The notes below the pieces were generated by a model. The model searched no databases. It saw only the letters and a list, made by a program, of their open reading frames with translations, and was not told the origin of the DNA. A stretch of DNA of 64,000 nt, taken from contig CM097885.1 in NCBI GenBank assembly GCA_044892525.1, positions 104,346,001 through 104,410,000 on the forward strand. The letters run 5' to 3'. Shown here one piece after another: positions 1-13,000 of the stretch. How positions within the stretch are numbered: position 1 is the stretch's first letter; each line of letters starts with the position of its first letter. Position numbers and translations under genes: made by a program. Source of the DNA: Schmidtea polychroa. Taxonomy: Eukaryota.

Positions 1-689
1 GATTTGATTACTTATTTTTATTTTTTATTACTTTATATTAATTATTTAATTATTTAATTATCCTGAAATATAATATATAAAGAAGTTTCAAAAACTAAAT
101 TTAAATATGAAAGATTTTATTTATTTTTTAATAATATATTTATTATTTAAAAATAACACTGGAAAGGTAATGACAAAAATAAATAAAAATGTGAAAGGTT
201 TGATTATTTTATACCGTTAGCATTATTATTTTATAATTTATCATTATGGATTTTTTATTTTATACTATTTTATTATTTTATTTTTCATTTTTCAATATTA
301 TTTATTTTAATTATAATAAAAACTTTTATTTAATTTTATTATTTTTAAAAAATAACTTTTGTAACAAATTAAAATTAAAAAAATAAACACTGGCAAAGTA
401 ATTAATTTAAAAGTAAAGATTATTATTATGCATTTTTAATATTATTTTAAATAAATCTAAAAATAAATTAATTTTATTATATATATTTAATTATTGATTT
501 TCTTTTTTTAATAATTATTAAAAAATAAACTCCGTTAAATTTTTAATTTTTTTCTTTTTATTTATTTCTTATAATAATTTATCATTAATCAATATATTTT
601 ACCAAATATTTTCCCGGAAGAAATAAATGATATAAAAATATTATAAATAACCAATGAAACTCTGTCGCTAGTAATATTTCATTTCACAG

Positions 690-1262
690 ATAAATATCAA
701 ATCACTAAACAAATATGATTTGAACAAAACGAAATTGGAAATATTTCAACATCCTAAAATGACGCTAAATATTGTCGAGGAATTTCTGGAGGATTTCCAG
801 TTTAAGGATAATAAATATTATTTTGAGTATTTCCGTGAGATCATCAAAACTGATTTAAGTACATGCAGCTCATTTGAGGAGTACAAGTAATATATAGGTG
901 ACAGATAGAGTTAACTGACACGTGTCATTGCGTTTACAGGTGGGAAATAGAGAGAGTAATCAACCACGCGGAAACCATATGGAAGCGAATCGATATTAGC
1001 ATTGAGTTCATAAATGAAATTGTCACCGAACTGGGCAACAGTGTATGCAACAGTTCTCAGTATCAATATGAGCTGCTGGCCTATCTCTATGATAAATTGA
1101 ATTCATTTAACGGGGATTATTCTTGGGTTATTATTCTCTCTTCCTGTCTACACATTTCTCTTGACGTTTCTTTATTATTAGGAGATAAAAATTATCAAGT
1201 TGCTCGATTCGTGGCGGAGGACATCTCCTGCTACTGTCGAGGAAATCAATTTCGTACAGAAA
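690..1262 (+). CDS. Probable exons (690-886, 940-1262) of an uncharacterised host gene
   Basis: CAG acceptor at 687-689, open frame INIKSLNKYDLNKTKLEIFQHPK..., 53-nt GT-AG intron 887-939 whose removal keeps the frame (EEYK/WEIERVINHAETIWKRID...). GC is higher than the flanks. No family recognised and downstream splicing is not resolved. Confidence 0.4.
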
Positions 1263-2693
1263 GTATTCATTTTTAATATTTTATTTGTGCAATTTTTCTT
1301 TGTAAATGTTTTGCAACCAATTTCTAGTTTCATACGAGAAATGCAGAATATTTGATGAAAATACGGCTGCCATTTCATGCAGTTATAGGGGATAACCCTA
1401 TGAGTGTTATTGGTGAGATTTTCATTATTTTTTTTAGTTAATTTAGATTTTTATTAGTTAATTTAATTGTATAATTATTAATTAATTTTTTAAAATTTTT
1501 TTAGTTATTTTATATATATTTTTAATTTATTAATATTGTATATGTATTTATTTATTTTTTTATTTTTTAGTTATTGTATATTAAAAATAATTTTATTAAT
1601 ATTGTATAATTATTTATTTTATATATATTTTTAATTTACTAATATTCTATAAGTATTTATTCATTTTTAAGTTATTTTATAATTATTTTTAATATATTAA
1701 AATTATATAATTATTTATTAATTTTTTTTAAATTTTTTTATATATTTTTAATTAATTATTTTTTTTAATTTTTACTTATTTTATATTTTTATAATTAATT
1801 TAATTTTTTTAATATTGTTTAATTATTTATTAATGTTTTTATTTTTAGTTATTTTATTTATTTTTTTAAAATAATTATTAATAATATTTTTTTATTAATA
1901 TAATATACTGATTATTAAATGAAAAATATATATAAAAATATAAATTAAAATATTTTTAATTTACTAATATTCTCTTAAGTATTTTTTTATTTTAAAGTTA
2001 TTTTATAATTGTTTTTAATGTAATAAAATTGTATAATAAATTAATTAATTTTTTCAAATATTTAATTTAATTTTTTTTAATTTTTACTTATTTTATAATT
2101 TTATAATTAATTTTATTTTTTTAATATTTTTAATTATTTATTAATGTTTTATTTTTAGTTATTTTATTTATTATTATTATATATTATTAATAATATTTTT
2201 TATTATTGTAATTTTTAATTAATTTTCTTTTAATAAGTCTCACCTGGAAAATCCAAGTTTTATTAAAAAAGAAATGAAAATTTTCATATATTAATTCGTC
2301 CTCTTCAATTTATTTTAGAAAATAGCTTCCATGCGACATTATAGATTTTGATCTTTATCTAATTGAAATATCCGCCTTTTTTATTGGAACTTAGTTTTAT
2401 CGAAAAATTTTAAAATAAATAATTACCGAATCTTTAACAAAAACTGTTAATTTGTCAAAAACAAAAAACACAAATAAATTGATCGATTCATTAACTTTTC
2501 CCCGCGATTTCGCAATTACCTCTTACTACATTCTTATTTAAGCTTGCTTCATATACCGTCTCAATAATATCGAATTCCAGTTTTATTTGGGTATCACAAA
2601 CTGGAATGATCATTTTGATTCCCTAATGAATATACCTTGGCTTTTTTACCTTTGGTTGTGATATAAATAATTCCAAAATATCGTGCAGTAGAG

Positions 2694-2732
<39 letters not shown>

Positions 2733-2860
2733 GAATATCGGTTTAGGACCAGAACTGAATGACACGAACACATCTGTATGGCTGGAAATATATAATTCTA
2801 TTAACGTAATTGCTTATTTGCATTGCGAGCTGTGTGAATGACATAATAATTATCTAGCAA

Positions 2861-3325
2861 ATGAAAACGAATCGCATTGATATAATTAACAAAGATATGT
2901 TGCTGAAAACATCTGTAAAAAATCAAATAACGAAATTTCTCATTGACCAAAATCTCACCAACAATAATATCCACAAAGAACACATATTTATGGGAGAATA
3001 TTTCAAATATTGCTCCTTGTGGTTTAATAAAATCTTGGTGGATATCCCAACGACATTTGACAACTTAGTCATGAATGACGTGTTCATGCAGATTGTTAAA
3101 GAATTTCAGAGCTATCTAGTAATAGGCGAGCAATTGATTAAAATAATGGAAATAGCTCTCGTCTGGGTCAATAGGAAACTGGAATCCGGTTTCTGTGTGT
3201 CCAGGGAAGAGTTATTGAAATGGCAGTTGGAAATCATAGAAAATTTACAAAACTTACGAATTGAAGAAATCCTATATAGATATAATTTCTACAAGTCGTA
3301 CTATCTCGAGAATCTTTCAGAGTGA
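2861..3325 (+). CDS. Uncharacterised 154-aa ORF (possible exon of the same host gene)
   Basis: ORF-track 154 aa with normal composition in a GC-elevated island; no motif recognised. Confidence 0.35.
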   Translation: MKTNRIDIINKDMLLKTSVKNQITKFLIDQNLTNNNIHKEHIFMGEYFKYCSLWFNKILVDIPTTFDNLVMNDVFMQIVKEFQSYLVIGEQLIKIMEIALVWVNRKLESGFCVSREELLKWQLEIIENLQNLRIEEILYRYNFYKSYYLENLSE

Positions 3326-5746
3326 ATCTTTTTTTACCAAATAGGAAATGTTTTAAATTATCTAATTTAGCCACCATCTTCTTTTGGAAACGATTCTCCA
3401 TAGGGAACGGTTAAATATAGGGAAAGTGTCAGCAAAACGTTTAAACGATGTCGTTACCGTTGCTGTTGAAATTGCCAAAATAACCAATATTGACATTGAG
3501 GAGTTTGCTTGCCAATTTACAAAAGTAGGGCTAAAACTTGTTACGGTCACTCAAGATTCGTATAGTGAGAGTGATGGAGACCTAGTAAGTTTTGGTTGTT
3601 TTATTGGATAATTTTTAAACGATTTTAATTTAACTAACACGGTAATTTACAATCTCTTTTCTTATTGCTCATTTTTTGCAATCCCCCCTTTCCATGATAA
3701 CATTATCCGTAATTTGAATTATCCATAATAAATATTTAATATTTAAATAGATAATTTATTGATCTATAATCGAAAACTAAATAAAGATAAATGAATAATT
3801 AAATTGAAAAGGATCAACGAAAATTCATGCTTATTTAATTCCATAAATCTTTTATTAAGCATTTCACTACTAAAACACAAAATAATACAATTGGAAGCTA
3901 TTGTAATCCAGATAATACATTTGCCTTTAATATATTCTTTGAATATCCGATGCATTTGTAGAGTAGCATCGATTCTTACCATTTACGCCGAATTCGAAAG
4001 AGTAGAATATAATCCAAGAATTAAAGATCATATTGAAACTTTCCAACATTTCCACATTTTGTGTTCACTGAAGTTACCTAAAAATGGTTTTTTTCGGCAA
4101 TCGATCATTTTCTTATTAATGCGATTAGCAGTTTTCTGAGAGCATTTGCACTTTTTCCGAGCAGAAATTCCTTCTTTGAGATAGAAACCTTTTTTTGGCT
4201 GACTAATTTTCTCAAGGATAAAAGATTTTGTTTTTTAACTCTTTTACACAAAAAAATCATTAAAATAAAAATCAATACTATAATAAATGAATTAATGTTT
4301 AATAGATAGTAAATTAATAAAAAAAATGATTAATATTTCGATTACAAATAATTGATTATTGAAATTTAACTTAATCTTGCAATTATCTGAAAAACTTGGA
4401 AAATAAATTAAAAAATTCAAACAATTCTATTCGTAAATGAATAGTTAAATTAAATTGAAAATATGACCTACTTTATCAAATATTTTAAAAGACAATCTTA
4501 CATTGACCTATATAATTATTGGAGCTAGTTTTTCTAATTTTGAATCTAATTGCGATTATTTTCCTGAATTAATTTCCACGATGATGAGGAAATAAAGAAA
4601 GAATATCGCAACGAACAAGGACTACTTTCATTTCTCAGACTTCCTTGGAAACTACGTAATAGTTTTGAGTAATATTGTTTAGTTTCAGAGTAAAATTTAC
4701 CTTATTCCTATGACGGGCAATTTAGGTTAGCTTTTTCAAATTTACTCTCACCTTTATTGAATTAAATCAATATTTGATATTCATTTTGCCTAATGTAAAA
4801 ATCTGATATATTTTATGCGCTGAGTTATTGCGGCTGACATCCAATTTGTTGATATCTAATTTGTCATATTTACGCCGCGTAACTATTTGTAAAACTTATA
4901 AACTTTATAGATGATTGTAAAGTAAATCATTTCATTGTAGTCAATGTTAAATACAAGTTGTGAAATTTCAATAGACGAATCAAGGTTGGAACAGAAAGAA
5001 TATATATATGTGGATATTCATGAGTAAGATATTGTTTTGCTAACAGTTTGTTTTCAGCGGGAAATCAATAATTTTACTTTGAGAATTTACATCGATTTCT
5101 TTTCTAACATTAGTTTTCATGGGGAAATTCTTAATATGGTAGACTTTTCATCCATCTGTAACCGTTAGGCTTAATATCTCAGCCAAATTCATTGACAATA
5201 CAAATCCTCCATCACATGTCCCACATTCTTTTCAATTATCCATTTTTCTTTTTGGCTCTTTTCTGGCATTTTGTTTACTTCTTAGAATGAATCTCATTGG
5301 TTAATTGATAAGCATCTTATTTTGTCATTTGATTGCAACAAAACAATGAAATATAGCAAAATGGACCGTCGCTTTAGGCTATTTTGGAAAGAAAATAAAA
5401 CAGCGTTATCATTGCTTCTTTCTATCTATATATTTCTTAATCTTTTTCTTTCTCCACTTTCCATTCATTTCCCATATCTCTTCATTATTCTATCTACATC
5501 TCTCATTTTCTGCCCGTTTATTTCTCCATTTCCTCTCCTCCACCTCTTGGTCAAGTTGTCCACCTAATATTTGCATTATCCTATATTGCTTCCTCCCAAA
5601 ATAATCAATTAATCAATTCCTAGGCTGGAAATTCTCTCACTTAACGATGCAATTCGAATAGCAGTCAAAAATAGTTTATTTGCCTTCCTAAAGGAAGTAT
5701 GTAGACTTTTCTCTTTCACTCCTTTCTTAATCATCTAACCCAGAAT

Positions 5747-6169
5747 ATGCTGACTCTGCAACAGTGGAATAATATTTTCCAATACTTTTTCCACACCTTC
5801 CGAATCTCTGAAGATCAGGATGTCGATTATCTGTGCACGAGCAATTGGTATTGTGCATTCCAGATATTCCTTGAGTTGCACTTGATGAATATACACAAGT
5901 ACAATTTCACAGAAATCAGCAACAGCGAATATATTATAAAGAGAAAATTGCGTGAATTTTCTCTGCAGGATAAAACGAGTATGGTTAAGCAATTATATTG
6001 CGGCGGCCATTCGAATGATAAAGGGGGCGCCAATAGAGCAATCCCAGTAAGAAATCCCAATCATATCGCAGTGCTCAAGGATATCATCAATACATATCCG
6101 GAAACTATTGATTTCCATGACGAGCACATCAAATCGATTTGTGCTAAGGTCGGTGGTAATCATTATTGA
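5747..6169 (+). CDS. Uncharacterised 140-aa ORF, likely a terminal exon
   Basis: Preceded by a polypyrimidine tract and CAG acceptor (~5700-5742); open 140 codons; no family recognised. Confidence 0.35.
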   Translation: MLTLQQWNNIFQYFFHTFRISEDQDVDYLCTSNWYCAFQIFLELHLMNIHKYNFTEISNSEYIIKRKLREFSLQDKTSMVKQLYCGGHSNDKGGANRAIPVRNPNHIAVLKDIINTYPETIDFHDEHIKSICAKVGGNHY

Positions 6170-6960
6170 AATCGATGTGATTATATCGGATCATTATTAG
6201 GTTTATTCGGGAAATTAGGAGGATCCAATTGCACTCGGAATATTGATATTAATATTGATTTTGTTTGTTTTTTATCAAATAAAATGTTCTGTTAATATTG
6301 ATTATTTTTGAATTATTGATTTTTGCACAATTTATCAATTTGTTCAATATTTTGGAAATTACTATCTTATTAATATATATATATATATTATGAAGGCCAA
6401 ATTGTTGTGCTTTATTCTATTTTCCTATTTATTGATTTTTGAATTATTGATTTTTGCACAATTTATCAATTTGTTCAATATTTTGGAAATTACTATCTTA
6501 TTAATATATATATATATATATATATTATGAAGGCCAAATTGTTGTGCTTTATTCTATATTTTCCTATTTATTGATTTTTTAATTATTGATTAAATTTGTG
6601 TCGTTTTTGTTAATTGTTGTTTTTATGATTTTAACAATTTCTCTATTTTAATATTTAGGTAATTATTTATTTTGAAAATTAAAGTTAAATTTGGGTCATT
6701 TTTGTTAATTATTGTAATTTTATTATTTTCCAAAATTTATCGATTTATTAAATATTTTTGTATTTGATTTTAAAAATTATAAAAGTCAAAATTTGTGTCG
6801 ATTTTGTTAATTGGTTTTATGAAATTATTGATTTTGAATATTTTATTGATATTATTAGTGAATTGTTTTATGATTTTTCACAATTTATCGATTTATTCAA
6901 TATTTTTTATTAATTTTAAAAATTATTAAAGTTAAATTTTTTGTCCTTTTTTGTTAATTA

Positions 6961-7721
6961 CACCTAACTGCGAAAGTTAACATTGTCTATAATATACGTT
7001 GGTGTGCACACCAGTTTTTGAGTTTATATAATTATGAGATCATTATTCAAGTTCTTAAATATTACTGTTAATCAGCATTTATAATATAACATTGATAATT
7101 AAATTTCAGGTGTTTTTTAGGAATTTTATGATATTTTATTTGGATTTATTTTGTAAAAATGTAAGTTAGATATTTTTATAATTATAAATAAATAAAGTAA
7201 TCACCAAACATTTATTTTTTTAAGACATTACTTTATATTTTTTTAGTTTTTGTAATCTTCTTTCGAATTTTGTCTATTTCTGTAATTCTATGAAAATATT
7301 AATTTGTTAAAATAATTTATTAAAATTTACGATTTGCGATTTTTATCCTGCAAACTCAAAGATGACGAAAGACTTTCTTCAATATCCGTAAATCTAAAGA
7401 AATTTTATATTCTAAATTATTTTATAATTAAATCTTACGATGTATTTTCTTTTTCTCTAAAGTTCAACGTAGAGCAGTCGGAATCTGATTCAAATGTTTT
7501 TTTGTGCATAACTTTTTAAATAATTTGAAAATATTGATATGTTAATTATATGTTAATCAATGTTAATTTCGCAAAAAAACACTTTATTAATTTTGTATGT
7601 ATTTTTCATTGTGTGCTGTGTTTGTATGCTTAATTATTTTCTCTCACTTTTTAGATTCCTATACTATATATTTATTGATTTTTTTTAGATTATAGACAAT
7701 GTTAACTTTCGCAGTTAGGTG
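6961..7721. mobile_element. Non-autonomous TIR element (MITE) flanked by TA, Tc1/mariner-type TSD
   Basis: Perfect 33-bp TIR CACCTAACTGCGAAAGTTAACATTGTCTATAAT at 6961-6993 and inverted at 7689-7721; TA at 6959-6960 and 7722-7723. Confidence 0.85.
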
Positions 7722-8329
7722 TATTGTAATTTAATCATTTTTCAAAATTTTTTGTATTTATTGATTTGTAAATCATCAATTAAATTTGTGTCGTTTTTGT
7801 TAATTGTTGTATTATATGATTTTTTTTTGAAATTTTTGAAATCATTAATTTTGAATATTGTATAGATATTAATTGGGAATTGTGAAAATTTTTATAGTAT
7901 AAACAGTTTTTAGTATAAATCCTTTAAATGGAAATTTTTTTTTTCAAAATTGATAAATTTTCAAATTTATTAGTCTGTGTATATAGCACTGAAACTAAAA
8001 ACGCGTTGTCATTGAAGAATTAAAAAATACAATTTTAGTAATACAATCCCTATATTTATTAAATAATTACCCTTACATCGCAAATTCACTAATGTCAGGT
8101 TTAGCGAGTTCCCCAGAACCCAACCCACTGGCTTTTGAAGTCATGCGTTTCAATTTACAAAAAACCTATAGTTTCAGTCGAGCGTAGTTTTTTGCTGTTA
8201 CAACCATAAGTATTTCTTGACTTTTTAGATTTTGATAAGATAGTGTATGTGATGAAGAATATTTTGTATTTAATTGCTATTATTTTTATGTGTTGCTAGT
8301 TGATTGTACTTGGTATGTGATTGTACTTG

Positions 8330-8839
8330 AGTGTTACAAATACCCTTACGATCAGTACCCTTACTATTAATACCCTTACGACTAATACCCTTAGGGGATC
8401 AAAACATCCTGTCGGATAAACTCAGAGTATATATAATAAAATGAATCGACAATAAGTATTTATTGAATACCATTTTTACATTGAAATAATAAGTCAGTAG
8501 TAATCAATTAAAAGAAGAATGTTTTGTAAATTAGAATTCTATAGTCTTTCATTATAATTTAAATTATCCTCAATTCCACGTGGTGTTGAGTTGATAATTA
8601 TTTATTTTTGATGAAAATCATCATTTTTGTTAAATTTAGACACTTAGAAAATGTTTTTCTACTGATTGTAATTAAAATTATTTTTGAGGACAGATAAAAA
8701 AATTAATTTAAAAATCATTTGATAAAATACAATAAAGAATACTTAGTTGGTTGATAGTACATGGTACTTGGTAGCTGGTTGTAAGTACTTGGTATCTAGT
8801 TGTACCTGATAGTTGTTGGTATCTGATTGTTGAATTATT

Positions 8840-8918
<79 letters not shown>

Positions 8919-9853
8919 CATTAAAATTTTCATTTGACTTTGAAAAATATGTCATTGAAATTTGTATTTAAAATTATTTCACAAAAATTTACATTTAAAA
9001 TTTTTATTTCTCAAACACTGACTATTATTTTAACTTTTGTTGATAAATTTAAAAATCTTACTTTAATTTACTTATTATTTTAATTTACTTATTTAAAAAT
9101 CATTACTTTAATTTACTTATTTAACTTTAATTTAAAAATTTGGACCTTAATTTACTTATTTAAAATTTTTAACTTTAATTTACTTATCCTTAATTTACCT
9201 TCATTACTTAATTTTACACCATAATTTACTTAACAACTAAATATAACCCTTATTTTCATATTTTACCAATAATTTCATGTGGTCATTGATTAATTGACGA
9301 AGATTTGCATCTAAAATTAACATTGAAAATCCCAGAAAAGCTTTCATCTTAAATTGACTTTAACTTTAATATTTTAGATCATTGATTACTTAATTTAAAA
9401 AAATAAACATTAATTTACCTATTTAACCAATAATTTTATGTGGTCATCTGGTTGTAAGTACATGGTATCTAGTTGACCTTAATTAAAAATTTGAACCTTA
9501 ATTTACTTTAATTTAATTTTTTAAGACCATAATTTACTTTAATTGAAAAATTTGGACTATTATTTACTTATTTATCCTTTATTTACCACGCTTTTTTAGT
9601 GTAGACCACCTTTTTCTATTGAAAACTACCTTTTTGTATTGAAAATCCCAGGACCAAGGAGACCCATCACTATAGTCTGAATAATCCATGCTTTTTTATT
9701 GAAGACCGCTTTTTTGTATTGTAAAAAAAATTTTGTACTGAAAATCGCAGAAAGCAAAGAAATGTGAGTTGGAACAATTATGTATTCAATAGTTGGAACA
9801 ATTTGACGCCCCCCCCCAGGGGAAATTGTTCCAGGGGCTCCTAACTACCTACT
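8330..9853. mobile_element. Remnant right end (TIR) of a second Polinton-like element
   Basis: 8340-8440 resembles the subterminal repeat of the main Polinton TIR (tgtcggataaactcagagtatata vs tgtcggatagactcggagtatata). It ends in ...CTACCTACT at 9853 (reverse complement AGTAGGTAG) with a C-run about 40 bp inside. No matching left end found. Confidence 0.5.
8842..8917. repeat. (ATT)n microsatellite
   Basis: Pure TAT/ATT run; similar runs at ~2695-2730, 13763-13844, 23381-23461 and 28287-28326. Confidence 0.95.
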
Positions 9854-10430
9854 CGTGGCGAGAACAGATTCACCAGAATATGTTTAATGATGATCGAACT
9901 GTACTAGCGGTTCCGAATCCTAATACTTACATTTTTACCGAAAATGCCAGACCAACAGTGTTTAGGCCACGAAGATTTCCGGTAGGATTAGAAGAAGAGG
10001 TTGATCATATAGTAAAAGATTGATTAGATGCAGGCATAATTAGACCAAGTTCATCAACATTGAATTTTCCTTTAGTGGTGTTAAAAAGGAAAGAGGGGAT
10101 ATGAGAATGTGTGTCGATTATCGAGCTAAATCGGCGATTTTCCCAATACCAGCTATTTGATACCATTGGTGGGGCCAAGTGTTTTACTACTCTAGATTTA
10201 TCTAGTGGGTATTATCAAGTATCAATTGACGAAAAGGATATACAGAAAACGGCTTATAGTACAAATTAATGGGAGTTTGAGTTCATAAGAATGCTTTTCG
10301 GACTTTGATCAGCTCCTGCTACATTTCAAAAACTCATGAACATGATTCTAAGAAAGGAAAATTGGATTAATTGCGTCTTGTATCTGGATGACGTGTTGAT
10401 TTTTGGAAAAACAATAAAGGAACATACCGG
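9854..10430 (+). pseudogene. Degenerate Ty3/Gypsy reverse transcriptase fragment
   Basis: RPRRFP..EEVDHIVKD*LDAGIIRPSSS, MCVDYR, TTLDLSSGYYQV, APATFQKLMN, LYLDDVLIFGKT, with stops and frameshifts. Confidence 0.85.
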
Positions 10431-10539
10431 TATTTTGCCTCAGGTAGGGACGAACAAAACGAGAGTAGAGAAAAGGAAAAATATTAAAATATAGAATTAA
10501 CGAAATATCGCACCTAAATATATAGAATAAATATCGCAC

Positions 10540-10730
10540 TCAATTTCTCTGAAGTCTCTGCCTTATTTTTATTAAAACACCTATAGTAATTGCAAAATCC
10601 CAAGAACGACTGCAACTCTTTTTTAGATGCTGGAATTTCTCATGAACTGATACTTTTGTTTTCTCTGGATCTGTTTTAGCACCCTCCTTATTTATGATAT
10701 GACCTAGATAGCTAATCTCTGTCAAGGATC
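10540..10730 (-). pseudogene. Gypsy RT C-terminal fragment in inverted orientation
   Basis: Minus strand ISYLGHIINKEGAKTDPEK followed by frameshifted FLGFCNYYR, typical of the Gypsy RT thumb/connection region. Confidence 0.75.
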
Positions 10731-10848
10731 CGATAAATATTTTACATAGTAACTATTGAGTTTGGTCTCAACCTTTAAACACAAAACCATGTAAATGTTC
10801 ACTTATCTTAAAATTACTTCATTGAATTCAGAATTACCTATTAGAGAA

Positions 10849-10933
10849 AGGATGAGGCAAAGACGAATCAGAAAGAGTTGATCCTGTCCCCATTGATTTT
10901 AAAAATCATGAAGTCGGATTAGGTGAAAAAACT
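10849..10933 (+). pseudogene. ~85-bp duplicated fragment of the GPATCH11 G-patch coding sequence
   Basis: aggcaaagacgaatcagaaagagttgatcctgtccccattgattttaaaaatcatgaagtcggattaggtgaaaaaact closely matches ~31266-31351. Confidence 0.85.
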
Positions 10934-11379
10934 TTTGTTATTTTTTATCTGTCTATTTTTATCTGGTTACTTGAGCTTTAAATTTAATTTTTGGCTTACT
11001 ATTTTGGGTTATTGTGCACATAATCATATTCACTGTACAAACTGTACCAACTGTACCAATTAATGCAATTTTATTGAAATCAGCATTTGATAAAAAAACC
11101 TTTAAAATGGTGAATGTTGTCCTTTAGATTACTTTACCTTAGCCTTTAACTTAGTCTTAAACTAGTACTAGGAAATAATAGGAAGCAGACTAATAACAAA
11201 TTAAAAAGTCTAAAACAATATTATTTCACTGATTCTTATTAGAGTTCTCAGACTAGACTAAAAAGACTAGCCGTTATCGTAAAGGTTTATATGCAGGAGT
11301 ATAATCTTCATTAATAATAATCTTCACTTATCAACATCAACATTTGTAAAATTGCACTTTTTTTACTTTAAATGCTGGA

Positions 11380-13000
11380 TAATCTGTAATAACTGTGTCG
11401 AAGGTAATCCTTTTGGACAACTGCCGTTCAATTGAAAGAATTGCTAAATTGGAAAGTCATGATTCACTCATTAAGATCTTATATAGATTTTGATCAGTTT
11501 TAGTTTAGAAAACTTCTTTCACAGCTAGCAAAACACAATGTAAAAAATTCAGAGTGCAATGGCTAAGTTGGACAAAGATTCAATGTATCCCTATTTGACA
11601 ATCCATTGAAGTAGTTAGATAGCTCCCCAGTTGTTAACTTCTGTTGATGTTATTTCTTCATAACTGATCCGACTTCTACGAAGAGATTGAACCTAATTTT
11701 TATGATCTTGTGAAATATGTTCGTTATAAGCCTCACATAGTGTGTCAATTGCTTCATCAATACCCGGGTCATTTGCTGTATTTCTAAAATATTCCACTTG
11801 TGTTAGAAATCTAAATTTAGTATTCATTTCATTAATTTGTCGAAATCTCTGTTCAACTCCGGCATACAATCGGTCAAGGATTTGTTTTTGTTCTCGGTTT
11901 ATTTCTTTTTGCTTCCTCTCCCGGCATTCTTTTTTTTCTCCGCACACATCTTTCAGTAATTTCGAAGAAATTCATTTTTCTGTTGAGCATTTTCAACTAA
12001 ATATTTTCTTTCTTCAACAATAAATTTAAGAAGGGATGCAATGTCAGTTGCACATTTATCTAAACCAAGACCCTTTGTTTGAAGATTTTTTCGAGTTTCA
12101 TTTATTTCTATTACTAAGTGGCTCCAGAAACGCTTTCCAACCCCAGTATGAATTCCATACATTGTCGTATCCTAGACATCTGTAATCTTTCAAATTAAGT
12201 CCATCATTTTTGAGTTTTTCGATTATCTGCTCTCTTTAATTGAAGCAGTTTTACCATCAAAAGGGTAGAAATCTACAAAAAATCTGATCACCACATATCC
12301 TTCACGAATATCGACATAACACAGAACTTGAGACATCTGATCAATATTGGATATCTCAGGCGTGTTAACGAAAATGTTGTAAAATCTTTCGTATTCTTTA
12401 CAGCATCAATAACAGCATATCAGACGCTGCCTCAAAGAAGCAAAGTAAATTCGTTCTTGATGTTAGGTGATAGGTATGATACAGTCTATGTCCCACTCGT
12501 AACTTTTGTGATGTGTTTTCTTAATACAGCATCATATTTCCCCACAAGTTTCATTAATTCAAAAATATTTCCATAATTAATATCAGATTCTTCTGATAAT
12601 TTCTCACGATGTCCTCGAAATGGGAGATGTTATTTGGATAAAAACAAAATCCCATCGAAAATTAGTTTTAAAATATCTCTCAATTTGGCAGCATCCTTAG
12701 TAATTTTCAGTTGAAGTCCACTATCAATCGTTAAGCCTGCTTCAAGGCGTACTGTCATATCTTTCTAACTGTCAAAACCTACCAGGTGAGCTGGGATTGT
12801 TTCATGATGAACCACTTTTGGGATCAGTTTTATTCAAATTGTAAATCCTTCAAAGCTTTTAAATGAACTATGATAAGAATTAAAAAACAACACAATGCAT
12901 TTCGTGAAGAAGAAAACATCATCCATGATAGTAAAATCTTATTATTGTTTGGAATCTTTTTGATAAACCACTTTGTAGTTATTGACCTTGATTCGGGCGT
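11380..13000 (-). pseudogene. hAT (ZMYM1/DUF4371-type) transposase remnant, 3' part
   Basis: Minus strand: KWF...SWMMFSSSRNALCCF (TTF-type Zn finger), LPFRGHRE...NYGNIFELM, SYLSPNIKNEF, and C-terminal dimerisation motif ASCERSF/SKLKLIK...LSNLAILSIER; many stops. Confidence 0.85.

Noticed and set aside
7985-8185. Short inverted repeat CACTGAAACTA / TAGTTTCAGTC
   Set aside because: Only about 10 bp with no convincing TSD.
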